Assembly: GCA_963718895.1 (NCBI GenBank)
Contig: CAVRAG010000008.1
Coordinates: forward strand, 192,001-256,000
Origin: an uncultured Nitrososphaerota archaeon
GTDB lineage: Archaea; Thermoproteota; Nitrososphaeria; Nitrososphaerales; Gagatemarchaeaceae
Length of the DNA: 64,000 bases
Reading direction: 5' to 3'
The notes below the pieces were generated by a model. That model was not told where the DNA came from and searched no databases. It worked only from the letters and a program-made list of their open reading frames with translations. Below, piece after piece: positions 1 through 9,583 of the stretch. The translations under genes and the position numbers were made by a program. Every line of letters begins with the position of its first letter. The stretch's first letter is position 1.

Positions 1-50
1 ACTATCTTCCCGTCGACCTCTTCCTTCCTGAAGAGCTTTGGAGCGGACAA
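1..50 (-). CDS. 5' end of an unidentified gene running off the window edge (MSAPKLFRKEEVDGKI...)
   Basis: TTG at 50, open frame to base 1 with genome-typical codons; AT-rich TATA-like tract at about 75-85. Confidence 0.35.
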   Translation of the reverse strand, partial: MSAPKLFRKEEVDGKI

Positions 51-237
51 CAGGGCAGTTTTTCCGTCACATGTTATTTATTGTTTTAGCGCGGGCGAAC
101 ATTAGGTCCAACTTGATGTTCAGCCGTCTGTGGCACCGACCAACTCCCTGACGAGCGGGGGACCCTCTGTACCGAAGCGAGCGAGAGTACGAAGAACCTG
201 CCAACCATATAAGAGGAGTCTGACCAGATGTAAGCCG

Positions 238-1278
238 TTGAGCACCTTTGGAAAGAGACGGCACAGACTGCTCTCGGCAGCCTCAGGTTTCGACTCGGTC
301 GTGGTCACGAATCCCAAGAACCTCTTCTATCTCACGGACTTCTGGGGAGGGGGCATAGGCATAGTCCGCGACGATGCGACGGTGCTCGTGACGTCGGTCA
401 TGGAGCAGAGGAGGGCGACGGAGACCGGCAAGGAGGTCGAGGTAGTCCCGACGGTCGGGAGACAGAAGCAGTATGAGGAGGCGCTCAAGAGACTGAGAGG
501 GAAGGTCCTGAGCGACGAGGTCGACGCGGCCCTGGGAAAGACCAGCGCCGGCGGGGACCTGTTCGTCAGAGTCAGGAGGAAGAAGGACCAAGAAGAGATC
601 GCGAGGATAGTGAAGGCGAGCGAGAAGATAGACAAAATCTACAAGATGCTCGAGACCTCCATAACCGCAGGGAGGTCCGAGCGGCAGGTGGCCGCGGACG
701 TGATGAAGCTCGCCACCGAGGAGAAACTGTCCCCTCTCCCCGCAGAGGGAGCCCTTAGCCCTGTGATCATCGGCTCAGGAGAGAACGCGGCGTACCCGCA
801 CGCCGATCTCACCGACCGGAAGCTGAGGTCGGGGGACATGGTGGTCGCGGACATCTTCTTCCGGTACCAAGGGTACTGCTCCGACTGCACGAGGACCTAC
901 GCGGTCGGACGCGTCTCGCAGGAAAGGAAGGAAACATACCAAGCGGTGCTCGAGGCCCAGCTCCGAGGGATAGATATGGCGAAGAAGGGCGCGAGCGGGA
1001 AAGCGATCCACGAGGGCGTGAACGCGGTCCTGAAGGAAAGTGACCTCGACGCGTACTTCACACACGGGACTGGCCATGGGGTCGGCATCGACATTCACGA
1101 GTCTCCGTCCATAGGTCGGACCAGTCTGGACAGGCTCCGGGCCGGCGACGTCGTGACGATAGAGCCAGGCGTTTATCTGCCCGGGAAGTACGGCGTAAGA
1201 ATCGAGGACACTCTTACCATCGGGGACCACACTCGGGTCCTCTTCGACTACCCGAAAGAACTGCTCGTGCTGGGCTAG
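238..1278 (+). CDS. Xaa-Pro aminopeptidase / M24 family peptidase
   Basis: Creatinase-like N-terminus (VVTNPKNLFYLT) and M24 metal motifs (YCSDCTRT, HGTGHGVGIDIHE, TIEPGVY, GVRIED); TTG start at 238 preferred over 130. Confidence 0.9.
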   Translation: MSTFGKRRHRLLSAASGFDSVVVTNPKNLFYLTDFWGGGIGIVRDDATVLVTSVMEQRRATETGKEVEVVPTVGRQKQYEEALKRLRGKVLSDEVDAALGKTSAGGDLFVRVRRKKDQEEIARIVKASEKIDKIYKMLETSITAGRSERQVAADVMKLATEEKLSPLPAEGALSPVIIGSGENAAYPHADLTDRKLRSGDMVVADIFFRYQGYCSDCTRTYAVGRVSQERKETYQAVLEAQLRGIDMAKKGASGKAIHEGVNAVLKESDLDAYFTHGTGHGVGIDIHESPSIGRTSLDRLRAGDVVTIEPGVYLPGKYGVRIEDTLTIGDHTRVLFDYPKELLVLG

Positions 1279-1287
1279 GCCTCGCGG

Positions 1288-2220
1288 TCACTCAAGCGTC
1301 ACCGCAGGCCCGGTCGCGAGGCTGTAAACCCCGATCTCCGGCGAGAGGTCGTCTGAAGCCAGCGCCCGGACTACGCGATCGACGTCACTCTCCCAGACGA
1401 TCGCGTGGACGGCATGCCCCACCATGTTCTGGCTCGCCCCCAGCGCTCCTGCGGACTTCGCGGACTTGATGAGACGAACCACCTGCGCCGACTCTATGCC
1501 GAGGCCGCCCGAGAAGACCTCACCGGCCCTGATCAGGCTCCCCAGGGTGAGGTCTGACGCGACTTGAATGGCTTCCGCGCCGAGCCTGTTCACCCTCGCA
1601 GTCATTTCAGGTGACGAAAGAATGAGACCCTTCTCGTAGGGAGCCAGGGACGCGGTCACGATACGCACTCTGTGTGGCACCTCCACCTCCAGGACCTCGG
1701 CGACCCCAGGGGCGCCCGCCTTCACAATCACTCCCGCCCCGCCGTACCTGTAGATTACGGAGACCGTGCCGAGCCCGGTCCTGCAGAGGATATCCGCTGC
1801 ATGTGCGAAGTAGGCGACCCTTTCTGGGCTGAGGTCCAGCGACAGGGCCGAAGCTACGGCCATGACGGCTGAGAGAGCAGACGCCGCGCTCGCCCCGAAC
1901 CCGTGGCCGATTGGGACGCCGACGCTCTGCTCGAGCTCGACGCTGCAGTCTCTCTCGGAGGCCGCGTTGAGCAGGAGCCCCACAGCCATCCTGGTGGTCG
2001 TGGCATCGTAGCTTGGATCGCGGTTCATCACGACCCTTAGAGTCGGGGTCCTGGCTCCCCTGACCACACTGGCAGAGCTGAGCACCCCGCTCGACAGCAT
2101 GTAGCCCCCGCCGGTCGCGCCGGAGTTCTGCAGGTCCGAAGCGGACTCTCCGGCGTAGTGGATCGCAAAGAAGTTCGAGATTGCAGAAGGCGCAAAGGCC
2201 CTGCCGGTGAGCAGGCCCAA
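1288..2220 (-). CDS. Pantoate kinase (GHMP kinase family)
   Basis: AFAPSAISNFF N-terminus, PIGHGFGASAASA ATP motif, TGLGTV and ASQNMVG motifs typical of archaeal PoK. Confidence 0.8.
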   Translation of the reverse strand: MGLLTGRAFAPSAISNFFAIHYAGESASDLQNSGATGGGYMLSSGVLSSASVVRGARTPTLRVVMNRDPSYDATTTRMAVGLLLNAASERDCSVELEQSVGVPIGHGFGASAASALSAVMAVASALSLDLSPERVAYFAHAADILCRTGLGTVSVIYRYGGAGVIVKAGAPGVAEVLEVEVPHRVRIVTASLAPYEKGLILSSPEMTARVNRLGAEAIQVASDLTLGSLIRAGEVFSGGLGIESAQVVRLIKSAKSAGALGASQNMVGHAVHAIVWESDVDRVVRALASDDLSPEIGVYSLATGPAVTLE

Positions 2221-2222
2221 TC

Positions 2223-3002
2223 TCAGCTCGCCGGCTTGGGCTTGGTCCCGACGACTATTGTGGCGATGGGGGCAAAGACTATGACCGCCGCCGCGGCAAT
2301 CGTGTAGTAAGTGGTCAGGCCGGGCCACTTGGCGATCGTGCTCGGAGGGGCGGCTATGAAGAAGACCACTCCGAGGGCGAGGAAGAGCACTCCGAAGATG
2401 ACGGCTATGCTAGTCTGCCTTCCTCGGTCTGACATCCTCCAGTCCGGGTTGTTGACGAGGATTCCGGACCTTCCGAAGATGGGCTGGGTCGCGCGTATCA
2501 GTATCGGCACCGCGATTATTATAGCGGGGATCGAGGTTGTGTTCCAGAATACGGTGAACCCGAGAATCAGGGAGGTCGGGAGGGAGAGGAAGAGCACGAG
2601 ATTCGTCGCGGCGATCAGGTTGCCGAGCGTCACGAAGGAGACCGTCGCCGCTATGAAGGCGGGCCAGGACCGATAGCGCTTCACGAACCATCCGAAGAGT
2701 AGGAAGGCCACGAAGTTGGCGGGGACGCCGGCTACCAGGCTGTAGACGGGGGTGGTCAGTCCAAGAGGAGCGAGAAGCAAGGAGTCCCCGATGAACGTCC
2801 CGAGGCCAGCCCCGATCGCCACGGACAGGGTGTCCGACGTTACCGCGAAGAACGCAGGGATGAATATCCCGATGAGGAGCTGCCCGACTCCCCAGGGCGA
2901 GGGGACGAAAGCTGTAAGGCCCTTCCCGACGGCGTAGAGGACAGCCGTAATCGCGATTATCGCTACCTTTGACGCGACCGTCGAGACTGGTGCTTTTGTC
3001 AA
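2223..3002 (-). CDS. ECF-type transporter S-component-like membrane protein (possibly pantothenate/vitamin uptake)
   Basis: Multi-TM protein with AITAVLYA and AIGAGLGTFIGD patterns; translationally coupled to pantoate kinase. Confidence 0.6.
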   Translation of the reverse strand: MTKAPVSTVASKVAIIAITAVLYAVGKGLTAFVPSPWGVGQLLIGIFIPAFFAVTSDTLSVAIGAGLGTFIGDSLLLAPLGLTTPVYSLVAGVPANFVAFLLFGWFVKRYRSWPAFIAATVSFVTLGNLIAATNLVLFLSLPTSLILGFTVFWNTTSIPAIIIAVPILIRATQPIFGRSGILVNNPDWRMSDRGRQTSIAVIFGVLFLALGVVFFIAAPPSTIAKWPGLTTYYTIAAAAVIVFAPIATIVVGTKPKPAS

Positions 3003-3078
3003 ATCGGTCGTAGAGGCTGCCGTGCTCGGAGAGAATATATCAAGATAATCTATAAATAATATAGAGAGCTCTATAGAT

Positions 3079-4122
3079 TTGATGGACGCAAGGAAGGTTC
3101 TCGAGATGGGCGGAGGGACCGTCCTCATCTCTCTGCCAAAGTCGTGGGCGAGGAGGAACGGGATAGTGAAGGGAGGGTCGGTCCTGGTCGAGGAGATCTC
3201 GCCGAACAGGCTCATGGTGAGCCCGATGGGGAGAGAGCAAGAAAGGAAGACCGCCGTGATCGCCTACCCAAGCGAGAACCTCTCCCACGTCATCAACGAC
3301 ATCACGGGCGCTTACCTGATCGGGAACAACGTGATCAAGATCGAGGGAAGCCAGACCATCTCCAGGGAGGACCGTGAGAAGGTAAAGGCGGTCATCCACC
3401 GCCTGGTTGGGCTTGAGATCATGGATGAGGATTCCAAGAGCCTCACGCTCCAGTTCCTGCCGGAGCCCTCCACCCTGGACCCCGAGAAGATAGTCCGGAG
3501 GATGGGGAGCCTGACCAGAGGGATGCTGAGGGATGCAAGAGAAGCCCTCGTCGGCGAGGACCGCAAGATGATGTCTCTCATAGCCGAGAGGGACGACGAG
3601 GTGGACAGGCTCTACTTCCTGCTCGTGAGGGCGATCAGGACGGCCACCATCGACACCGAGGTAGCGAGAAGATACGATCTGACACCGGTGGAGTGCCTCG
3701 ACTACAGGGTGCTCGCCAGCTTCATCGAGGGCCTCGCGGACACCATCGCGGAGTTCTCGGGGCGGGCCGCAGAGGAGTTGCCGGGGTCAAGAGCAGCGAG
3801 CCAGATAGCCAGGGTCGTGAGAACTTTGGAGGAGATGGAGGAGACCTCGCTTAGCACCTTCCTAGGACGGAAGAGCGGCCAGAGCAGGAAGGGCTACCTC
3901 CAGATCGACGCGATGCACCAGGATGTCACGGCCGAGCTTAGAAGGATAGCGCAGGAGGGGAGGATCTCGACGAGGACGGTGGTGGACCTGCTCAGCCTGC
4001 TCGAGAGGATCTCGAAGGCGTTCGTGGACATCTGCGATCTCTCGCTCCCGACGTACCAGTTTGAAGACTCACCCCCTCCTCCGCGTAGGAAGGGGGGCGG
4101 GCAGGAAATCGTCGGAAGGTGA
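3079..4122 (+). CDS. phoU: AbrB-PhoU phosphate uptake regulator
   Basis: RKVLEMGGGTVLISLPKSWA AbrB domain plus DDEVDRLYFLLVR and LERI PhoU repeats. Confidence 0.88.
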   Translation: MMDARKVLEMGGGTVLISLPKSWARRNGIVKGGSVLVEEISPNRLMVSPMGREQERKTAVIAYPSENLSHVINDITGAYLIGNNVIKIEGSQTISREDREKVKAVIHRLVGLEIMDEDSKSLTLQFLPEPSTLDPEKIVRRMGSLTRGMLRDAREALVGEDRKMMSLIAERDDEVDRLYFLLVRAIRTATIDTEVARRYDLTPVECLDYRVLASFIEGLADTIAEFSGRAAEELPGSRAASQIARVVRTLEEMEETSLSTFLGRKSGQSRKGYLQIDAMHQDVTAELRRIAQEGRISTRTVVDLLSLLERISKAFVDICDLSLPTYQFEDSPPPPRRKGGGQEIVGR

Positions 4123-4170
4123 CAAGAGGGTGCTGATGGACTGGACGGCCCTGACGATGGGCCGCTGAGC

Positions 4171-4311
4171 CTACCTTCTGTATCTTCTTCGGGTTCCTGC
4201 GGACTGGGCGCACACAGGGCACTCAAAGTGACCTGGGGCGACCTCGACCAGCCTTATTGCATGACGATTGCAGAGCGCACGCGTTTTAATCGTAGATTCG
4301 TTGCTAGACAC
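4171..4311 (-). CDS. Candidate zinc-finger microprotein (46 aa)
   Basis: GTG start; CNRH-x13-CPVC motif followed by basic tail RRRYRR. Confidence 0.45.
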   Translation of the reverse strand: MSSNESTIKTRALCNRHAIRLVEVAPGHFECPVCAQSAGTRRRYRR

Positions 4312-4435
4312 GTGAAGGCCGCGAAAAGCATGCCTATTACGTGTTCCTATGCTCACGGGGCAGCCGCGACAACAGCTTTAATACCGATGATAATCGGGTC
4401 AGTATTAGTGTCGTACACTAGGAGATGAAAGAAGA

Positions 4436-4708
4436 ACGAGTTACGGACAAGGTGGAGGAGGCGGTTACGGGCGATCTCGCTTTGGCAGCGGTCCATCCAA
4501 CAACGGACCCAAGCCAGTAGAAGTCGGAAAGGAGTACGAAGTCACCATTACCGAGACGAGCAGAAGGGGCGATGGAGTGACCAAGATCGACGGGTTTGTC
4601 ATCTTTGTGGCGGGAGGTAAGCAGGGTGAGAAGACCAAGATCAAGATCACGCAAGTCGGCCCACGGTTCGCCAGCGCCACTAAGGTAGAAGGAACAGCAA
4701 CAATGTAG
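4436..4708 (+). CDS. Stand-alone TRAM-domain RNA chaperone (cold-shock-like), apparent ACG start; missing from the ORF track
   Basis: Translates (T/M)SYGQGGGGGYGRSRFG...KPVEVGKEYEVTITETSRRGDGVTKIDGFVIFVAGGKQGEKTKIKITQVGPRFA; SD-like GGAGATGA 7 nt upstream; in-frame TAG at 4406. Confidence 0.88.
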   Translation, partial: TSYGQGGGGGYGRSRFGSGPSNNGPKPVEVGKEYEVTITETSRRGDGVTKIDGFVIFVAGGKQGEKTKIKITQVGPRFASATKVEGTATM

Positions 4709-4791
4709 ACCGAGACGGTCGGTCTGCTGAACATGAGACGGGACCTAGGTTCCGTCTGCCCTTTCGTTTTGTTAATAATCAGGTGTATACT

Positions 4792-5673
4792 CTAGACTTC
4801 GCTTGTCTGAGCGTCACGCTTGACAGACTTCAACCTCCAATTTGCCACCCTCACGAACAGATACGCGGCAAACGCGATGGCGGTTATGAAGAAGCTCACT
4901 GGGAACGAGGTGAAGAAGCCGACGAAGAGGCCCACCCAAGTGGCGATGAGCGCTATCGCCACGGAGATTACTATCGCGTACATGGGCTTCTTCGACAGGT
5001 ACTGGGCAGTCGCCGCGGGAGTCACCATAAGGGAGAAGATCAGCAGAACCCCTGTCACCTGGACTGCAAAGGACACGGCCACAGCGATGACGAGCAGGAA
5101 AGCCGTCCCCAAGAAGAGCATAGGCATGCCCTTAGCCTCTGCCACATCCTCATCAAGTGAGGCAAAAAGGAGTGGGCGATAGAGGAAACCCACAGCCAGA
5201 AGAATCCCGGCCCCTGCGAGGGATGTGATCTCAACTTGGCCGAAACTTATCCCGACGATATCCCCGAATAATATGGAAATCGCCGCCGTGGCAAAAGCAT
5301 GGTAGAGGTTGATGAAGAGTAGACCCAGTCCCAGAGAGAACGCTAGAACTATGCCAATCTGGGTGTCCCGGTTGGTGACTCTCCTCCCGAGCGCGGCTAT
5401 GGTCGCTCCGCCGATGATGGAGCCGAGGAGGAGGCCTCCTATGGGGGGTATCCCAAGGAGTATGGCGCCGGAGGCTCCTGCGAACCCAATCTCAGAGAAG
5501 GCGTGCGCGGTGAACGCGGAACGCCGGAGGACCACAAAGTAGCCCGTGACACCTGCCACCACCGCTATCATTGTCCCAGTAACGATTGCGTACTTCATGA
5601 AGTCGAAGCACCAGATGTTCGAGAGGTCTGCGAAGATGTTGGGACTGAACGCGGGGATGGGGCAGAACGTCAG
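4792..5673 (-). CDS. Zn/Mn ABC transporter permease (ZnuB/MntB family)
   Basis: AFTAHAFSEIGFAG, ILFGDI and VTPAATA motifs; frame stays open upstream of ATG 5598 to a CTG overlapping the ATPase stop. Confidence 0.88.
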   Translation of the reverse strand: MTFCPIPAFSPNIFADLSNIWCFDFMKYAIVTGTMIAVVAGVTGYFVVLRRSAFTAHAFSEIGFAGASGAILLGIPPIGGLLLGSIIGGATIAALGRRVTNRDTQIGIVLAFSLGLGLLFINLYHAFATAAISILFGDIVGISFGQVEITSLAGAGILLAVGFLYRPLLFASLDEDVAEAKGMPMLFLGTAFLLVIAVAVSFAVQVTGVLLIFSLMVTPAATAQYLSKKPMYAIVISVAIALIATWVGLFVGFFTSFPVSFFITAIAFAAYLFVRVANWRLKSVKRDAQTSEV

Positions 5674-6491
5674 ACCATATCACCATGGTGTTCTTCGACG
5701 CCGATTATTGCGACGTTCCCGTGGGGGTCGCGCAAGACCTCGACCTGGACCCCATAGAGAGCCGTCAGGCTCTCGGACGTCAGGACCTGGCTCGGCTTGC
5801 CAGTGGCGACCTTGCCGTTCGCGACGTACATCACCTTGTTGAGGTGCGGGAGGAGAGGGTTGATGTTATGGGCGATGAGAATGGCCGTCACCCCGCGAGA
5901 GCGTACCACGTTGTTCACAAGGTGCAGGAGTTCGGTCTCCCGCCTAAGGTCGAGGTTGGAGAGAGGTTCGTCGAGCAGGAGTATGTCAGGATTGCTCACC
6001 AACGCTTCGGCAAGGAACACCCTCTGCAGTTCCCCTCCGGATAACACGCCGAGCGGGCGGTGGGCAAGCTCAGAGGCGTCGACCGCCCGTAGAGCCTCCA
6101 TCGCAGCCTCGCTATCCTTGTGGGAGAAAGGGTTGAAACCCCATCGTTTTCCGGACAGCCCCAGTCGGACGAGCTCGAGGCATTCGACGCTTGTCTCACT
6201 GTCTATGATGTGTCGCTGGGGCACGTAACCGATCCGCGGGTTCCCGCGAGTCGGAGGGCCGCCGAATATGGTGAGGGAGCCCGCGATGGGCTGTTGCAGC
6301 CCAAGGATCAGCCGAAACAGCGTCGTCTTGCCCGCTCCGTTGGGACCGATGACCGCGATGAACTCCCCCCGGTCGAACTCGAAGTTGGCGTTGCGCCAGA
6401 CCGTCTTCTCCCGGTACCCTGCCGCTAGATTCTGGGCGACGATGAGGCTCGGTTGCACCGGACTCGCAAGCTCTTGTGTAGCCCTAATCAA
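5670..6491 (-). CDS. Zn/Mn ABC transporter ATP-binding subunit
   Basis: GPNGAGKTT, IGYVPQ, LSGGELQR and LLLDEP motifs. Confidence 0.92.
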   Translation of the reverse strand: MIRATQELASPVQPSLIVAQNLAAGYREKTVWRNANFEFDRGEFIAVIGPNGAGKTTLFRLILGLQQPIAGSLTIFGGPPTRGNPRIGYVPQRHIIDSETSVECLELVRLGLSGKRWGFNPFSHKDSEAAMEALRAVDASELAHRPLGVLSGGELQRVFLAEALVSNPDILLLDEPLSNLDLRRETELLHLVNNVVRSRGVTAILIAHNINPLLPHLNKVMYVANGKVATGKPSQVLTSESLTALYGVQVEVLRDPHGNVAIIGVEEHHGDMV

Positions 6492-6509
6492 TCTTGTCCG
6501 CCATGGAGG

Positions 6510-7472
6510 TCACTTGCCAAGCTGGTCCGCGTTCAGCGCATTCGTGAGTACGCCCACTTCTCCTTGCATCCACGCTTGGAACGAGTAACTTGTCGGCTGG
6601 ATGGTCTCGGTGACCCCGACGATAGGTATCTCATTCTGCGTTGCAAGCTGTTTGATGCTCTGAGTGAGCGGTGTGACCGTCTGCTCGTTGTAAACGAGCA
6701 CGCGAACGGTCGAGTTGCCACCCTGCAGAAGAGTCTGGAACTGGGCCACACTCTGCGCGGGCGGCTCGTTCCCTTCGGCAACGGCGTCCATGAACGCCGG
6801 AGGGGAGACGACGTTGAGGCCCGTCGCGTTCGCCATGTAGACGAAGATGCTCTCGGTCGAGGCGACAGGCACCCCAGAGAAGCTCGACTTGATCAGAACC
6901 TCCTGCTTCATGTAGGACTGCCAGAGCGAAGCGTTGAGGGTGGCATACTGCTGGTGGAAGTAGGAGGCATCGGCCGGGTCGATCTTGACGAGGTCCTTGT
7001 ACATCGCCGCCACGGTGTCGTTCACGTAGTAGGGGCTGTACCAGAAGTGGGGATTGGTGACTACTGGCTGCTTGATCAGCTCCTGCACGTTCAGGACCGC
7101 CTGGGTCGGATTGTTCTCGGCAGAAATGATGCCCAGCGCCCACGTGTCATATCCCGCCCCATTGACGATCACGAACTGGGCGTTGTTTATCGCCACGGCG
7201 TTCGCAGGGTTGCTCTCGTACTCGTGCGGGTCTGTGTTGGGATCCGAGACGATGCTGGTCACGTTAACGCGAGAACCGCCGAGTTGTGAGACGAGACTCC
7301 CCCAGAAGTTCTCTGCCGCCACCACCTGGATGGGAGTGCCCGACCCCTGACTGCTGGTCGCGCTCGAGGTGCCTCCTCCGGACCCGCGGTTCGAGAGATA
7401 GTAGCCCGCCGCAATTCCGCCCACGACCAGTATGACAACGACCACCGCGACGATGGCGATTCTCTGCTGCAT
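6510..7472 (-). CDS. Zn/Mn ABC transporter substrate-binding protein (ZnuA family), membrane-anchored
   Basis: N-terminal TM helix; VVAAENFWGS, DPHEYE and NPHFWY motifs. Confidence 0.92.
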   Translation of the reverse strand: MQQRIAIVAVVVVILVVGGIAAGYYLSNRGSGGGTSSATSSQGSGTPIQVVAAENFWGSLVSQLGGSRVNVTSIVSDPNTDPHEYESNPANAVAINNAQFVIVNGAGYDTWALGIISAENNPTQAVLNVQELIKQPVVTNPHFWYSPYYVNDTVAAMYKDLVKIDPADASYFHQQYATLNASLWQSYMKQEVLIKSSFSGVPVASTESIFVYMANATGLNVVSPPAFMDAVAEGNEPPAQSVAQFQTLLQGGNSTVRVLVYNEQTVTPLTQSIKQLATQNEIPIVGVTETIQPTSYSFQAWMQGEVGVLTNALNADQLGK

Positions 7473-7494
7473 AGGGTTCGGTAAGACCGTGCCC

Positions 7495-7528
7495 GTTATT
7501 AAGTATTATTCATTACTTATTAATAATC
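7495..7528. promoter_or_regulatory. AT-rich promoter/operator of the metal ABC operon
   Basis: gttattaagtattattcattacttattaataat with imperfect inverted repeats (ATTATT...AATAAT) just upstream of the ATG at 7472. Confidence 0.5.
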
Positions 7529-7677
7529 TGAGGTATGCCCTGAGTTTACTATTATCCTGTCAACGACCAATGATCAGAAGTTCATACCCGAGCCTTGATG
7601 GATGGTGCAGTCGAAAGGACGAGGGAATTCACGAATTCAACAACAAACTCAATATACATCTTCATCGGGGCGGCTAC

Positions 7678-9315
7678 GTGCCGAAGTACATTTTCGTCAC
7701 CGGCGGAGTCATGTCAGGCCTCGGCAAGGGCATAACGACGTCTTCTCTCGCGAAGCTGCTCCAGCTCTCTGGCCTCAGGGCGACCTGCCTGAAGATAGAC
7801 CCGTACCTCAACTTCGACGCAGGGACGATGAACCCGATAGCGCACGGTGAGGTGTTCGTCACCGACGATGGGGGCGAGGCGGACATGGATATCGGGAACT
7901 ATGAGAGATTCCTCAACGTCGACCTGAGCAAGGAGAACAACATAACGACTGGGCAAGTCTACAGGAAGGTAATAGAAGACGAGAGGAAGGGAAAGTACCT
8001 CGGCAAGTGCGTCCAGATCATACCTCACATAACCGACGAGATCAAGAGGAGGATCAGGGAGGTGGCTGCCAAGAGCGCGGCTCAGGTGGTCGTCGTCGAG
8101 TGCGGAGGTACGGTCGGAGACATCGAAAGCCAGCCGTTCATAGAGGCCTTCAGGCAGATGAGGCTCGAGGACGGGCTCAGGAACACCTACTTCATCCACG
8201 TGACCCTGGCGCCCCAGATAGACGTCGTCGGCGAGATGAAGACGAAGCCGACGCAGCACAGCGTGCAGGAACTCAGACGCATCGGAATCCAGCCGGACCT
8301 GATCATCGTGAGGGGCACAAAGGTCCTGCCGAAGGAGGCAAGGGAGAAGATAGCCCTGTTTACCAGCGTCCCACTTGAGAGCGTGATATCGAACCCCGAC
8401 GTCGCGTCGATCTACCAGGTACCCCAGGTCCTCTACGACGAGGGTGTGTTCAAGCCAATGGCGAGTCATCTTGGCATTAGGGCGAGGAAGACAGACCTCA
8501 CGGCCTGGAAGGCGATCTCCTCAAGGTTCGTCGACTTCGATGACACCCTCAGGGTGGCCATGGTGGGCAAGTACGTGACGCTCATGGACAGCTACGTCAG
8601 CGTCAACCAGGCGCTGCACCACGCCGCAGCCGCAAGGAACGTGGGTGTGGACATCCGCTGGATAGAATCGGAGGAATTCGAAGGAGACCCCGCTAGCCTC
8701 AAGGTCCTCGAGTCGGTCGACGGCATAGTTCTCCCGCAGGGATACGGGAAAAGGGGGACCGAGGGCAAGATAGCGGCCGCAAACTTCGCCAGGGAAAGGG
8801 GCATACCCCTGTTGGGTCTCTGCTTTGGATTCCAGCTTTCAATTGTCTCGTTTGCCAGGCATGTGCTGGGCCTCGCGGGCGCCAACTCGACCGAGATCGA
8901 CCCCCAGACCCCCGATCCTGTAATTGACCTGCTCCCCGAACAGAGAAAGATATCTGACCTCGGAGGCACGATGAGACTCGGCGGCCACGACATCACTCTT
9001 CTCAGGCCCAGTCTCGCGTACGAGGTCTACAGCAAGAAGACCATAAGAGGGAGGCACCGGCACCGCTTCGAGCTGAACCAGAGCTACTCCCAGAGGTTCG
9101 AAGAAGCCGGCCTGCACTTCTCTGCTTTCAGCGACGGTGGAAGGAGAGCCGAGATACTGGAGCTCAAGGACCACCCATTCTACATGGGGACCCAGTTCCA
9201 TCCCGAGTACGTGAGCAGGCCCGAGGTCCCGGAGCCGATATTCGTGGCTTTCATGAAGGCGGCGCGGACGAGAGCCGAGGGCAGCGCCAGAGAAAAGCTC
9301 AGGATTACGGCCTAG
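7678..9315 (+). CDS. pyrG: CTP synthase
   Basis: KYIFVTGGVMSGLGKG, KTKPTQHSV, glutaminase LGLCFGFQ and QFHPE motifs; GTG start at 7678. Confidence 0.97.
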   Translation: MPKYIFVTGGVMSGLGKGITTSSLAKLLQLSGLRATCLKIDPYLNFDAGTMNPIAHGEVFVTDDGGEADMDIGNYERFLNVDLSKENNITTGQVYRKVIEDERKGKYLGKCVQIIPHITDEIKRRIREVAAKSAAQVVVVECGGTVGDIESQPFIEAFRQMRLEDGLRNTYFIHVTLAPQIDVVGEMKTKPTQHSVQELRRIGIQPDLIIVRGTKVLPKEAREKIALFTSVPLESVISNPDVASIYQVPQVLYDEGVFKPMASHLGIRARKTDLTAWKAISSRFVDFDDTLRVAMVGKYVTLMDSYVSVNQALHHAAAARNVGVDIRWIESEEFEGDPASLKVLESVDGIVLPQGYGKRGTEGKIAAANFARERGIPLLGLCFGFQLSIVSFARHVLGLAGANSTEIDPQTPDPVIDLLPEQRKISDLGGTMRLGGHDITLLRPSLAYEVYSKKTIRGRHRHRFELNQSYSQRFEEAGLHFSAFSDGGRRAEILELKDHPFYMGTQFHPEYVSRPEVPEPIFVAFMKAARTRAEGSAREKLRITA

Positions 9316-9583
9316 CGAATCTAAGAACTAGTCGACTTCCCTTTTCGTCACACTGTCTGTCCTCGTATCCCCTATCCGCAAGCGCCGCCTCAACTGTTTG
9401 ACAACATGGTCTCTGCGCCGTTCCCTTGGACAACGCGAATCGCAAGACACTTCAAGCAATGACTCGAGAGACCACACGGCAAGCAAGCTGAGCGCGTCGG
9501 ATTTTCGCTTTGGAGTAGGGAAGTGCTGTCCCGCTTCGACTACTCCGAGGCGATCCGCCCGTGAGCGTTTCCCGCCGACGGCA

